In this document: positions 12,481 to 25,178 of the stretch, piece by piece
Numbering within the stretch: the first letter of the stretch is position 1
Layout of the letters: every line of letters begins with the position of its first letter
Origin: Gordius albopunctatus
Lineage: Eukaryota
DNA length: 64,000 nt
Assembly (NCBI GenBank): GCA_964276515.1
Contig: OZ193909.1
Location: 11,408,001-11,472,000, forward strand
Reading direction: 5' to 3'
Program-made: the position numbers and the translations under genes
Notes under the pieces: generated by a model
What the model saw: the letters and a program-made list of their open reading frames with translations, nothing else
Databases searched by the model: none
What the model was told of the DNA's origin: nothing

Positions 12481-13765
12481 AAAATAAATATTAAACTACA
12501 TTATTTAAAATGATAAGCTATTAAATTTTAATGTGTCTAAACAGATACCAAAGTTTGTATCATTATTTTGGGCTTTTTAAGTGATATTTCGGGAAATTAA
12601 TTCTATCTAAAACTTTGTTTTTTAATATGAGTCTTAAGTTTAAATTTATATATTAGTGATGCGGAAAAACCGATAAATGGAGACGAGACGAGAATTCGAA
12701 AAATAGAGATGAGATCAAGACGAGAATCTTGATGTTAAGACGAGACGAGACGATACTAGATTTATTTTGCGAGATCTCGACTTTTTATTAATTATATTAG
12801 ATTTTAGTAAATTATTGTATATTTTAATTTGCATGATTTACATTTAAGGTATTAAGTGTAAATCAATATGGATGGAATATATTTGATATTAAAAAAATTC
12901 CTAAGTTTAATAAATATTATATATTTTTGCAAAAAATTTAAAATTTGGCAATCATTTACCTAGGCTATTTGAATAATTTGATAATATATCACATAATAGT
13001 ATCTATAGCATTATCAAATATTACAAAATTTTAGGCTTAGAATGAGTTCTGATGGAATAGTAAATATTACTAACGCATATTTGAATTTCGCAGTTACTCA
13101 TTATGCATGATGCGCTAATTTTGAATTGGTGGTCAATAAGTTTGAAGATTTTTGAGCACCCGCCTAACGATTTGAAAAGTACAATAGAGTATTTAATGAC
13201 ACCTTAATAGATTAAATATTAAATCATGAGTTTTTTGAAGTTTTTATGCTTCAACTAATAGTACACCTCCCAAATTTTTGAACCTAAATAATACATTATG
13301 TGAATTAGAGATCTGCAACGGGCCGTTTTTAGAAGGTCGGCCCGCCCATACCCGTTTTTAAAACTTAAAGGCCCATCCGAGCCCGTCCGTAATTTTTTTC
13401 CAAAACTTCATGATCGTCCGTAAATTTTCCAGGCCCGCGTATACCCGTTTAGAAAAACTTCAAGCCCGACAAATCCCGTTTGAGTTTTTTTTCAAAAACC
13501 TTAGTGCCCGCCCCTAGTGATGCGGAAAAACAGAGAAAAATCTCGTTCTCGTCTCGTCTCGAAAAACCGAGACGAGACCAAAAGATGGAGTCGAGATCGA
13601 GACGAGAATTTTATGTCGAGACGAGACTAGATTTTATCGGCGAGATCTCGACTTTTTTATCGTTATATTTTAGTAAATTATTGTGTATTTTAATTTTCAT
13701 GATTTACATTTAGTATTAAGTTTAAATTAATACATATGGAATATATTTGACATTAAAAAAATTCC

Positions 13766-13766
<1 letters not shown>

Positions 13767-13796
<30 letters not shown>

Positions 13797-15168
13797 CATA
13801 CATACATACATACATACATACATACATACATACATACATACATACATACATACATACATACATACATACATACATACATACATACATACATACATACATA
13901 CATACATACATACATACATACATACATACATACATACATACATACATACATACATACATACATACATACATACATACATACATACATACATACATACATA
14001 CATACATACATACATACATACATACATACATACATACATACATACATACATACATACATACATACATACATACATACATACATACATACATACATACATA
14101 CATACATACATACATACATACATACATACATACATACATACATACATACATACATACATACATACATACATACATACATACATACATACATACATACATA
14201 CATACATACATACATACATACATACATACATACATACATACATACATACATACATACATACATACATACATACATACATACATACATACATACATACATA
14301 CATACATACATACATACATACATACATACATACATACATACATACATACATACATACATACATACATACATACATACATACATACATACATACATACATA
14401 CATACATACATACATACATACATACATACATACATACATACATACATACATACATACATACATACATACATACATACATACATACATACATACATACATA
14501 CATACATACATACATACATACATACATACATACATACATACATACATACATACATACATACATACATACATACATACATACATACATACATACATACATA
14601 CATACATACATACATACATACATACATACATACATACATACATACATACATACATACATACATACATACATACATACATACATACATACATACATACATA
14701 CATACATACATACATACATACATACATACATACATACATACATACATACATACATACATACATACATACATACATACATACATACATACATACATACATA
14801 CATACATACATACATACATACATACATACATACATACATACATACATACATACATACATACATACATACATACATACATACATACATACATACATACATA
14901 CATACATACATACATACATACATACATACATACATACATACATACATACATACATACATACATACATACATACATACATACATACATACATACATACATA
15001 CATACATACATACATACATACATACATACATACATACATACATACATACATACATACATACATACATACATACATACATACATACATACATACATACATA
15101 CATACATACATACATACATACATACATACATACATACATACATACATACATACATACATACATACATA
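13767..15168. repeat. (TACA)n tetranucleotide microsatellite, about 1.4 kb (about 350 units), apparently perfect
   Basis: Directly visible; it generates the spurious MYVC/TYIH ORFs. Confidence 0.99.
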
Positions 15169-15186
15169 AAATTACATCACGCGGTT

Positions 15187-16249
15187 TGTCAGGTTATACA
15201 ATGGTAAAGATAGGTGATATCCACAACATGCGATTATACAACCCGTGATTCTTTTTTTTAATCAGATACTTTGTCTATTCGATACATTATAAACAAAATG
15301 GTAGTTATCATAATAATACACGCATGGAAAAGGTTACTGATCCTAACACCTCATCCTTTCAAAATGAGGGACCACCAGGTCCGTACTGTCCCGCCCGGGC
15401 GTATTTCCTAATAATATCAATTCTTCCTCCGGATTGACCACGACATGGCTGGTGTCCATCGTAACCCCTTCCACACGTACTGGCTCCACCGTTGTCAAGG
15501 TTTCTACCGGCTCCACTCTCCCTTCTTGCCTTGCCGGTCTGGACGGGATCCCTCGTCTACACCTTGGCAAATGGTGCCAGCTTCTGCATCCCCTGCAGAA
15601 GGCCCTAGCTTGCCTTGGTGCTGCCGGCCATCCTTCCTGCGGACCCCGCGACGGTCTCCTTCTTTCCTCCGTCCTTGCCTCAGGACGTCCCTGGCGAATT
15701 GATGTACCTCGTGTGGGTATATTTCGGACCGCGGGCGGGGGCACACTTTACTGCCGCCCCAGGTCAACCCGTCCAGCTAAACCCCGGGGCTGGCCACGGT
15801 GTCTGTGTACCACGTCACTCTGCCTGCCCGGATGAGGTCTAGCTGCCTCGTGACGAGTTGCCCGTCCGTGCCGACCCGACGCCCTTTCATCCGTGCGAGT
15901 GTCCTCGTGCAGCACGCTAATGTAGGGTTCCATAGGCCGCCTGTCTCTGACCTCAAACACGACAGGTCTCGGCCTCCCCCTTCGTCCAGGGGCTACCGCT
16001 CTCAAACGCACTTCTACGACCACCCATTCGGTACGGTATTTCATCTAGATAAAATATCAAAAGATTATTATATCTATCTAGAGCGTAACTGCTCCACGTG
16101 TCGCACGTGTCTACCAGGAGAAGCTAGAATCTCTATCTCGTACATTTTCGTACCTTTCGGAGATAGGATCTTAGCCTCTAACCATTTCTCTTTACCAATA
16201 TAATTACGCGCCCACACCGCATCACCGATTTTAAATTTAGAATCGCCCT
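15187..16249 (-). mobile_element. 3' end of a Gypsy (Mag-like) element: integrase C-terminus, extra ORF, PPT and 162-bp 3' LTR (15348-15187)
   Basis: KFKIGDAVWARNY...KWLEAKI...MYEI...RHVEQLR is an integrase tail; the purine tract GAAAGGATGAGG abuts TGTTAGG...CCTGACA (LTR with inverted termini). Truncated by a hAT end at 16250. Confidence 0.82.
15343..16044 (-). pseudogene. Extra post-integrase ORF (about 233 codons, one internal TAA), Arg-rich with a CxxC..H..C knuckle
   Basis: ORFs 15748..16044 and 15343..15744 are in the same frame, separated by one stop; motif FCRGCRSWHHLPRC; GC-rich; ends at the LTR start. Confidence 0.6.
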
Positions 16250-16800
16250 TAGAGGTCTGCATGGGCCGAAATTTCAGGGTCAGGCCCGGCCCATACCCGC
16301 ACATATATATTTTTTTACCCATACCCGCCCCGCAAAAAAACAACAAAAAATGCGCCGCATCAGGCCTGCACGAGAAAAAAGTTTCAGCGTTTTCAAAAAA
16401 ATTTATTTGTATAGAAAAAATTTTTGATGTATGAAAAAAAATTTTATAGCATATAAAAACGATATTTTTCAAAAAATTCTAATTCAATATTGTGATTTAA
16501 AAATAATAAACTATCTACTCTATCAGGTAGTAGTGTTGTTCTTCTTTGTTCTATTAGGCGACTTGCCTTACTAAACGTGCGTTCACTTGTAGCGCTTGTG
16601 GCTGGAATTGCCAAAAACTGTACAGCTAACTTGTCAAATTAGGTAGGATAAGTTCGTGTTCTTTCCACCATGAAATAACATCAAGCTCATCATCTTCCGG
16701 TTTAAGATTTAATTTAACATAAGTATCAACTTCATTGCTCTCCTCAATCTGCTCTCTTTCATCGTCTCATGCCCCTCTAAAAATATAATGTTCTTAAGCC
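16250..16800 (-). mobile_element. hAT 3' end with a dimerization-domain remnant
   Basis: TIR TAGAGGTCTGCA at 16250; minus frame WWKEH...LAVQFLAIPATSATSERTFSKASRLIEQRRTTLLPDRVDSLLFL. Confidence 0.85.
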
Positions 16801-18935
16801 CTTGTAATTATTACACAAATTATTTTTATATTTCGACTAATTTTTATCTGTAACAAGTAAAAGCCCAATAAACATTCGATTTCAAAAAAATATTATTTTT
16901 ATCCAAAAAAATAGTTACAAAAAAATTTAACCATAAAATTTTTATAACCCCCTCCTTCAAAAAATCCTTCTTATGTTTTTAGATTTTTATAAGTTTCTTA
17001 AAGTCTTTGATGTAACTAAACTATAATATTTTAACCCATTTAATTTAGTTATTAATCAAGAAACTTCTCAGGAATTTCCTGTCCCCCCTCCCCCTCATTA
17101 AAAAGTAAATAGTACAAAGAACTATTTACCCCCTCATGCCTCCTTATTTGTTTCAGTGAATAATGTAATGGCACATGTGGCGGTTCTATTTTCTACAATT
17201 TAGGACCATGGGGAAGGGGATTAGTAAAAAAAGGGACCTTATACTAAGCAAGCCCCCCCCCCCAAAGGGAGGACTATCTTTTCTTCTTCCTTTAAAATAT
17301 CCCGGATATATATTTTATTTAATGCCCGATCAAATAACGGAATGATCTTTATTTTATACGCGGAAAAATAATAATTAATATATATGTATTAATAAGCGAC
17401 ATTATATATCTATATTTATCGTAGTGGTATTTTCAAATCATCATGACTCATCAGTCATTATAACTACGCGTAAAAATAAATTTGACCCGATGAAAAGCGA
17501 TAAAGATAAGTAATAAAAATCGTAGGGTAAACACAATAAAGATGCATATACTAAAAATCGTAGCATGTTTGGGGGGGGGGAATTCAGAATATGGGTGAAC
17601 ACCACAGTCTACTTTGAAGCTTTAGCCAGGGTGCAATGTGCTCAATTATGCAACTAAGTCAACTATAAGCGAACTTATAATTTTCTAAGTCTATTTATAA
17701 TTGACAGACACAGTGAATTTGATACAAATGTTATAATTTGCTACAAAATAAAATTTAATTTTCGATACTTAAAATTTATTTATAATTTTTTTAGTCAGCA
17801 CTTTCTATAGAAAATGCTATCTTTATGAATTAATTCACATCTTTATAGTGTCAATGAGAAGTCGTATCCCGCTAAATTTTTAAAAAGTTTGTGTATTAAA
17901 GTTTTTCAAAAATATAAAAGTTTATTTCGATTTTTTAACACTTATTTAATATTTTTAATAAATCAAGAAGAATCTTTATTTCCTATATATTTTTTTTTAA
18001 AAATTTGAGACGAGACGAGACCGAGATTTTTCTAGATCGAGACGAGATCGAGATTTTAATATGCGCTCCCGAGACGAGACGAGATTTTGTTTTCGAGACC
18101 GAGACGAGATCGAAACACTAGCTGAAGTAACCGAACCAAGTAATTTATTATTTGAGATGTTTTAATTTACACAAATCATAAATTTAATTGGTCTACATCT
18201 CAAAATTAAAATTAATTTTATTGATATTTATTTTTCAGTTAAGGTAAAAATACATATTTTGTGAAAATGAATGAAATAAATAAAAGTTAGGTGTTATAAA
18301 TATTTGAAAAACGTTCCGAAATCGCTATTGAATATATTTACAAATAGTAATCCTATTTTCTGTCTTATAAAATAAGATTTTCAGTTATCATGGGTTAGAA
18401 AAGAATTTTGTTTCCCTATTTATTTAATTATGTTCAAGGCTTTGGGGCAAAGATTGTGAGAGAGAGCGGTTGTCGCAATGGGACAGAAAATTCTAGTATT
18501 TTTAAGTTTCAAGTATTTAAGTTTTTCCGTGCCTCGGCTGAAGGGAGAGGATATTTGTGTTCATTTGATAGGGAAAATAGGTCGGTATATGTAGAGTCTC
18601 AAGCTAAACAGATTCCATTTTACCATGCAGATAGAGTTCACCATCGGGTCTTTTATCTTCACAGAGGCCTGTGGGTTTGAGTATGGAAGGAAAACCAGTT
18701 TTGGAAAAACGCGGCATGGCGAAGATACCAGGCTTTGTTACGATTGCAGTGAAGGCCATGATGGCCTTTAGATTTCCCAAGTTTATTGCGACATGAACAA
18801 GTGTGTTCAGCAACTATATTGCATCCTAGTCTTAGACCTACTGAGATGCGGAATTCGTTGTTTGATAAGAGTAAACCAAGATTACGATCTGGAAAAGCTT
18901 TGAACCATTCATAACCCGAGCGTGAAGCTAAGCTC

Positions 18936-20751
18936 TAGTGTTTCAATCTCGTCTCGGTCTCGAAAACAAAATCTCGTCTCTTCTCGTCTCGGGAGCGATT
19001 ATAAAAATCTCGATCTCGTCTCTTCTCGACTTTTTTAAAAAAATATATACGGAATAAAAATTTCTCTGGTTTTATTAAAAATATTAAATAAGTGTTAAAA
19101 AATCCTTATATTTTTTGAAAAACTTTAATACACAAACTTTTTAAAGATTTAGCGGGACACGAAATCTCATTGACAATATGAAGATATGTATTAATTGATA
19201 AAGATAACATTTTCTATGGAAAGTGCATACTAAAAAAACTATAAATAAATTTGAAGTATAAAAAAATAAATTTTATGTTCTAACGAATTATAACATTTGT
19301 ATCAGATTCACTGTGTTTGTCAACTATAAATAGACTAGATGAACCCGGACAACGTTGTTTTGCCATTTACCCTGGTGTATTAAATTATGTTGGAATTTTA
19401 GGGCATATATGATGATAAAGCGATTATTGAAGTAAAAATAAAGTTTGATAATTTTTAAACAAATGAGTGTGGGGAATAAACGGTGAAAATTTGAGCCAAA
19501 TCGGTCTGGTAGTTCTCCAAAATTTGTGGCGGCATACATACATACACACTTAGTTTCGTTTCATTTTTATATATAAGATTTAGAAAATTATAAGTGACTT
19601 TTAATGATAATATTGTTATTTACAGAATTGACAACTAGTTGCACATATTAAAACGTTGTAAAAACAACAATAAAACCAGCATTTTCAATCCGTTTATATA
19701 AATGTCATTGTATAGCATTTTTTCCCCTGATGATGGTCTTTTATAGCCAGAAATATCGCGTTCCATTTCCCTCTACCTACGCTATCAATCCAAATCCACC
19801 GATCTTATACAATGACATTTATAAAAGCAGCATTATTATTGGATTAAGAAAATAAGGTTTTATACATTAGAGTGTACGTATTTAAATTTATGACAAAAAT
19901 CAATATAATCAAACTTTTATTCCTAATTAACTCCCAATTCTAACTAACTTTGCCTTTAAGTAGTTATTTATCGAATAGAGTATAGGTTCGTGTATTTATC
20001 ATATATTGCACAATTATAGTTATTATAGTAAATTTGAAGGCACCTGCCAACCCAGCTATAAAGTGAAAAGTAATTCATATGACAAAACTAGGGTTCAAAA
20101 ATTTGGGAGATATACTATTAGTTGAAGCATAAAAACTTCTAAAAAACTCATGATTTAACATTTAGCCCATTACGGTTTCATCAAATATTCTATTTTACTT
20201 TTTAAATCGTAAGGCGGGTGCTAAAAACAAGCCACCTTAGCTTAACTGGTTTAAATATCCAAATTGATTGACCACCAATTTATAATTACCGCATCATGCA
20301 GGATGAGTAACTGCGAAATTCAAATATGCTTTAGTAATATTTACTATTCCATCAGAACTCATTTTAAGCCTAAAATTTTGTAATATTTGATAATGCTATT
20401 TATAAAATTATTTACATAGTCTAAGGGTCAACCATATTGAGGTAAATGATTGCCAAATTTTAAATTTTTTGCAAAAATATATAATAATTATTAAACTTAA
20501 AGATTTTTTTAATATCCAACATATTCCATACATTTTGATTTACACTTAACTTAATACCTTAAATGTAAATCATGCAAATTAAAATACACAATAATTTACT
20601 AAAATCTAAGGATCAATAAAAAGTCGAGATCTCGCAAAATAAATCTCGTATCGTCTCGTCTCGACATCAAAATTCTCGTCTCGATCTCGACTCCATTTTT
20701 CAAACTCTCGTCTCGTCTGGTGAGATTTTTCTCGGTTTTACCGCATCACTA
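18936..20751 (-). mobile_element. Non-autonomous hAT-like element (GAGAC-repeat family), both ends present
   Basis: Termini TAGTGTTTCAATCTCG... and ...CCGCATCACTA; inverted homology to 12654-13300 and 17690-18120. The flanks CTAAGCTC/CAAGCTAC only loosely resemble a TSD. Confidence 0.75.
19335..19578 (-). mobile_element. Non-autonomous Helitron (Lep1-like)
   Basis: The minus strand starts TCTTATATATAAAAATG, has a (TATG)n tract and ends ...CAACGTTGTCCGGGTTCATCTAG. It is inserted between A and T; the paralogous site at about 17680-17700 is empty. Confidence 0.88.
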
Positions 20752-21332
20752 CAAGCTACTAAGCGCTAAAAGTTATTTGCCGAAGCGCCATTATTCAAGA
20801 GGCACTCGGACAGGGGGCCATTCCAACACTTTTGAGTGTTTATTTCATGGAATTGAGGCGGGCGCTAAAGAAGTCCTTCCTTTGTTGGAAGGCAACGTCT
20901 AGTAGATTGCCAGGCTGTAAGATTAATGATGAGATGAGGCCTTCATTGGATAGACGTTTTGATTAAAATTCGGAAAGGGAAACAGAGACTTTTGAGCATA
21001 GGCCCACCAATTTTGTTGGAAGGCAAGCTTGTTGGCATTGTGTGGAGTCTAAGGTGAGATTGGTTATTTTTTTGGTTAAAGAGCTAAGTTCTGCATCAAA
21101 CTTGGTCAAGGCTTCGCGGTGTAAAAACACTGCGGATAACCGAAAGCTATTCATTAATTTTATGGGTATAGGACCTCAATGGGGGATTCTAGTAGGGTCA
21201 ATGAGGAAGTATCTATTAATTTGTAAGAAAATAGTTTCTCTTTGTCAATGAGTGGTGTATTAAGAGGAAAAATTTCAGTTTTAGATTGGTTTAGCGATAA
21301 ACTGATTTTTCTTGATTCCATATTTAGGTATC

Positions 21333-21489
21333 TGTTAGAAATAATAGAAAACTAATAATAGGAATAAAAATATAATAATTTTATGGATCACTAGTTGATC
21401 ACTAGGGCCGGGGTGTGGAAACTACAATTATAGCAATAATATAATCTGTAGAAAATGATATACAAATATACGTATTAACACATACGACA
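21333..21489. mobile_element. Solo LTR (157 bp)
   Basis: TGTT...GACA termini flanked by a perfect 5-bp TSD GTATC; removing it rejoins the CRE RT sequence. Confidence 0.75.
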
Positions 21490-21652
21490 GTATCTTAAAG
21501 CGGAAAAAACGTCTTCAGGCTTAAATATTACCATCGTCAAGGTACCATTCGTTTAATATCAAATTAAACTTTGTTGCCAAGCTCTCAACAAGAGTTTTGA
21601 TAGACGCCTTGTTTAATACCGCCACTTGAGTTGATGATTGTGGGATTATCGA

Positions 21653-24600
21653 CAGTGGCGTAGCTAGGTGGGGGCCCAGCCCTCCCCTAAGAGCAAAAAC
21701 CGGATCCCATGCCCCCCCCCCCCAAGGGGAAAATCTTGGGCCCCTGGGCCCCTTAAGCTATCTTTTTTATTTAATAAAGAAATAATATAAAGATTATTAT
21801 TTTCAGAACGAGTTACAAAGCCCAAATATTTGTTTAATAAATGCAATTACAGCGGTTAATAGCCTAATATTAACTTTGAATGATATTAGAAATGATGATA
21901 ACTATCAAATTCTTTATAATAAGGCGAAAGATTTAGCTGCAATTTTAGATTTATTACCTTCTAAACGTATTAAAAAACCCAAAAAGTATGACAAATTTTA
22001 CTCTTTTGATTCTACTAATTCATTAATTGATTTCAAAATTGATTTATATTATCCCATCATCGATAGAATAATAGCAGAATTAAACATAAGATTTTCGAAA
22101 ATTAATTGTAATTTATATAGGTCTTTAGAAGGCTTAAACCCTTCATCCCCTTTTTTTGCGATAAATCTCTTTTATCAGAAGTAATTAACCATTATGAATT
22201 AAAAATGGAAGATGCCGAAATAAATTCGTTATCTTCGAATAAAATAATATGCATTAATATTTTTTGCACTTATTAAAATTTTGCCCTCAATAGTGTTTCT
22301 TTAATATTTTGATTAAAATAATTTTAACTATCCCAATGACTTCATGTTCATGCGAAAGATCGTTCTCATTGCTAAAACGGATTAAAACTTATCTTCGTTC
22401 CACAATTGGACAAGATAAGCTATCTTTCTTAGCTTTATTAAGCTTAGAACATGACTTTATAAATGTTATTGCCCTCGTTTGCAACATCGAGTAAAAGGCG
22501 TAATGAACTACTATAAAAGACTAATTTTAATATTTTATGAAAAATTATCTTAAACTTTTTAACACTTTCAAAATTAAAATATTATTAAATTTACGAAAAT
22601 TCCATCCGGGTTTCAATTTAATTGTCCATCCCACATGCTTATTTTTTAACATATCTTGCATATTTTTATGTATCATATGCACATATAAAGCCAATAATTT
22701 TCCAAAAAATTGTTTGTACACCTTTTTCCCCTTTATTAGTGATATCCCATCATAAGTTTGATAAATTAATATTAATAACCATTGCTGAATTTTATACAAT
22801 TGTTAACGCATCAAAACTTTCAAGGGATAAAAATCCTAAAAAACTTCATTATGTTTGTATTTGGACGCTAAGTTGTTCTGTGCATCTCACATCTCTAATT
22901 TCATTTTAAATTATCAAATAAAATTTTGATTCATTTTATTGTGACAGAATAATTTTAAGGTTAATTTAGCCGTTAAATTTATTAGTTCATTTTAATTTTT
23001 AGGTGATGTAAAGGGGGGGGGGTTGTACAAATATATCTATAATATCAGAGGCAATAACTTCTAAATACTTATTCTTGAACGAATTTTAATTTCATAATTA
23101 TTTTTTTTTAATTTTATGTTATAATTACGCCTTTTGAGCATCACCTTAAAAAAGGCTTTTAAATGTTCTCATTGTTCTCCTGATATAAATGCTGCCTGAA
23201 AATGCTGCCAATATTGCATATGTAAAATTAAAATTTGTTATATATATGGCCAGAGCTGTTAAAGTTCATCTATGATACGAACTAGTTCAAGTTCATAGTT
23301 CAATTTGAAAAAATCCTTAGTTCAAGTTCAAGTTCATTTTTTTTTCAAAAGTAACCAGTTCAAGTTCAAGTTCATGTAGGAAAAAATGTAACTAGTTCAA
23401 GTTAATAGTTCAATTTTACAAAAATAACTAGTTAAAGTTCAGTTCAAAGTTCAGTTCATTTTTTTAAATATGATAAAGTTTAAATCTAATCCAATTTAGG
23501 AAATGATTCCTAAATTAAAATCAGTTTTTGTTGAGAGCTATCCAAAATTTTAAATAAATTTCATAGTTTATTTTATTATATATTTGAAAATCTAATTTAA
23601 GGAAATATTCATATATAACAAAATCATCAACTATACAATGTTTAAAATCTTTATTACAAACAATATACAATTATAATTTACAATAAAAATCATGTGAAAG
23701 TAGATGTGAATTGGACTTTAATAAAATATTGTTCTCAAAATTATCGTTTAATAAACAAGTACGTTTATCTTCAAATATAAGCTTTCCCAGACTGAAAAGC
23801 CTTTCAACTGGAGCACTAGATGGAAGGCAAACATTAAATTTGATAAAAATTTGCTTTAGATTGGGAAATTCATCGAATACATCAAATGAGGTATTATTTA
23901 ATTTAATATAGTCTTCAATTGTTTCTTTATTAGAATTCTCGCGTATTATATCAAAAAAATCTAAACCATTCTGTGTATCATGCACCTCGATATTTTCAGT
24001 TGTTTGAGGCACTAGTAAATTTATTGCTTTTAAGATTCTGGACCTTTCCTCCACATTTCCGGTGACCGGATCCAAGTCCAGTCTGTCTTAAAAATTGGAT
24101 GCAGGACAGCTGCAATAATATTTTCCTCATTATTACCTTTATATGTCTCCATAAATTGGCTGTTGAGGTTCTTGAAGCCGCCACAACTTTAGTGCATAGT
24201 TTGCACTTAACTTTGAATGAATCTTTATCTGAAGATACATATTTGAAGTATTCTTCCATTGAAGGCCAAGGTAAAAAGGTAGATTGAGCTGCCTCGTTCC
24301 TATTATCTACTTCAGAGCAAATACCCGAATCCCTAAGGGTATCCATCTTTTCTAAAAATTTCTGTGTTTTTAAAATCAAAAATTCGCGGTTACTGTGTGT
24401 CTGTATGGATTACCGACAAGACAATGCACGTCAAATTGTTGATGCATATACACTCGGCTTATAAATTTATTTTAAATAATATATTTGTGATGAACTAGTT
24501 CAATTACATTGTATAGTTCAAGTTCAAGTTCAGAATTAGAAAAAAAATAATTAGTTCAAGTTCAAGTTCAATCTTAAAAAAATGAACTAGGTCAAGTTCA

Positions 24601-25178
24601 CAGTTCAAATTTTTGGGAAGGTAACTAGTTCAGTTCTAAGTTCAGAAAAAAGTGAACTAGTTCTATGAACTAGTTCAAAATGAACTAGTTTTTAACAGCT
24701 CTGTATATGGCTAAGATTTTTAAGGTTGTGGAAATAATTTTTATAAAAACTTTGTTATATAGTTTTTTTTAACTATTTTATTATTTTTTAAAATGTCAAA
24801 GATTTCTTGTCAATATCCCCGTTCCACTTATTGCCCTTACAATTCATTTATACAAAACTTATTATACCATGTGATATTTTCTATATTGTTTCAACTACAT
24901 TACATTGTTTTATTTACGAATAAATTTCATTTATTTTATGTTCTATAAACATGAGGGTCTGAGACATACCAGTGTGATGTTATTAGAAAAAAATACACGA
25001 AGTAGTAGAGTAATTTTATGTTTATCCAACGTCTATGTGGGAAATTTTTTTATTGCATTTGACCCATGGTCGTATCCAGGTTTTAGATTTAAGGGGGGGG
25101 GGCAAAACATAAATATTTTTAAGGGTTTGCGTAGGAAATATTTTTGCCCCCCCCCCTATTTGACCAGCTACGCCACTG
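21653..25178 (+). mobile_element. hAT element (CAGTGGCGTAGC TIR) with a decayed transposase C-terminus
   Basis: TIR CAGTGGCGTAGCT/AGCTACGCCACTG; TSD ATTATCGA/ATTATGGA; fragments YYPIIDRIIAELNIRF and LTIPMTSCSCERSFSLLKRIKTYLRST. Confidence 0.92.
23251..24703 (-). mobile_element. Nested, internally deleted hAT (BED finger + dimerization domain)
   Basis: TIR CAGAGCTGTTAAA/TTTAACAGCTCTG; perfect TSD TATATGGC; AGTTCA subterminal arrays; ORFs with YF..KCKLC..ANLWRHIK (BED) and LPSSAPVERLFS (dimerization). Confidence 0.93.

Larger units (their letters stand above)
12654..18120 (+). mobile_element. Rearranged composite of a non-autonomous hAT-like family with GAGAC(GA) subterminal repeats: left ends at 12654 and 13515, right end 17690-18120
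   Basis: TAGTGATGCGGAAAAA left termini and a ...CGAAACACTA right terminus, homologous to the inverted copy at 18936-20751. Another hAT end (TAGAGATCTGCA) lies at about 13307. No matching TSD pair was found. Confidence 0.65.

Noticed and set aside
13722..15207. 465-486 aa MYVC/TYIH ORFs
   Set aside because: These are translations of the (TACA)n microsatellite, not genes.
12654..20751. One 8-kb composite transposon bounded by inverted TAGTGATGCGG ends
   Set aside because: The flanking 8-mers (TTATATAT vs CAAGCTAC) do not match, and CRE sequence continues across the right-hand copy, so separate insertions explain it better.
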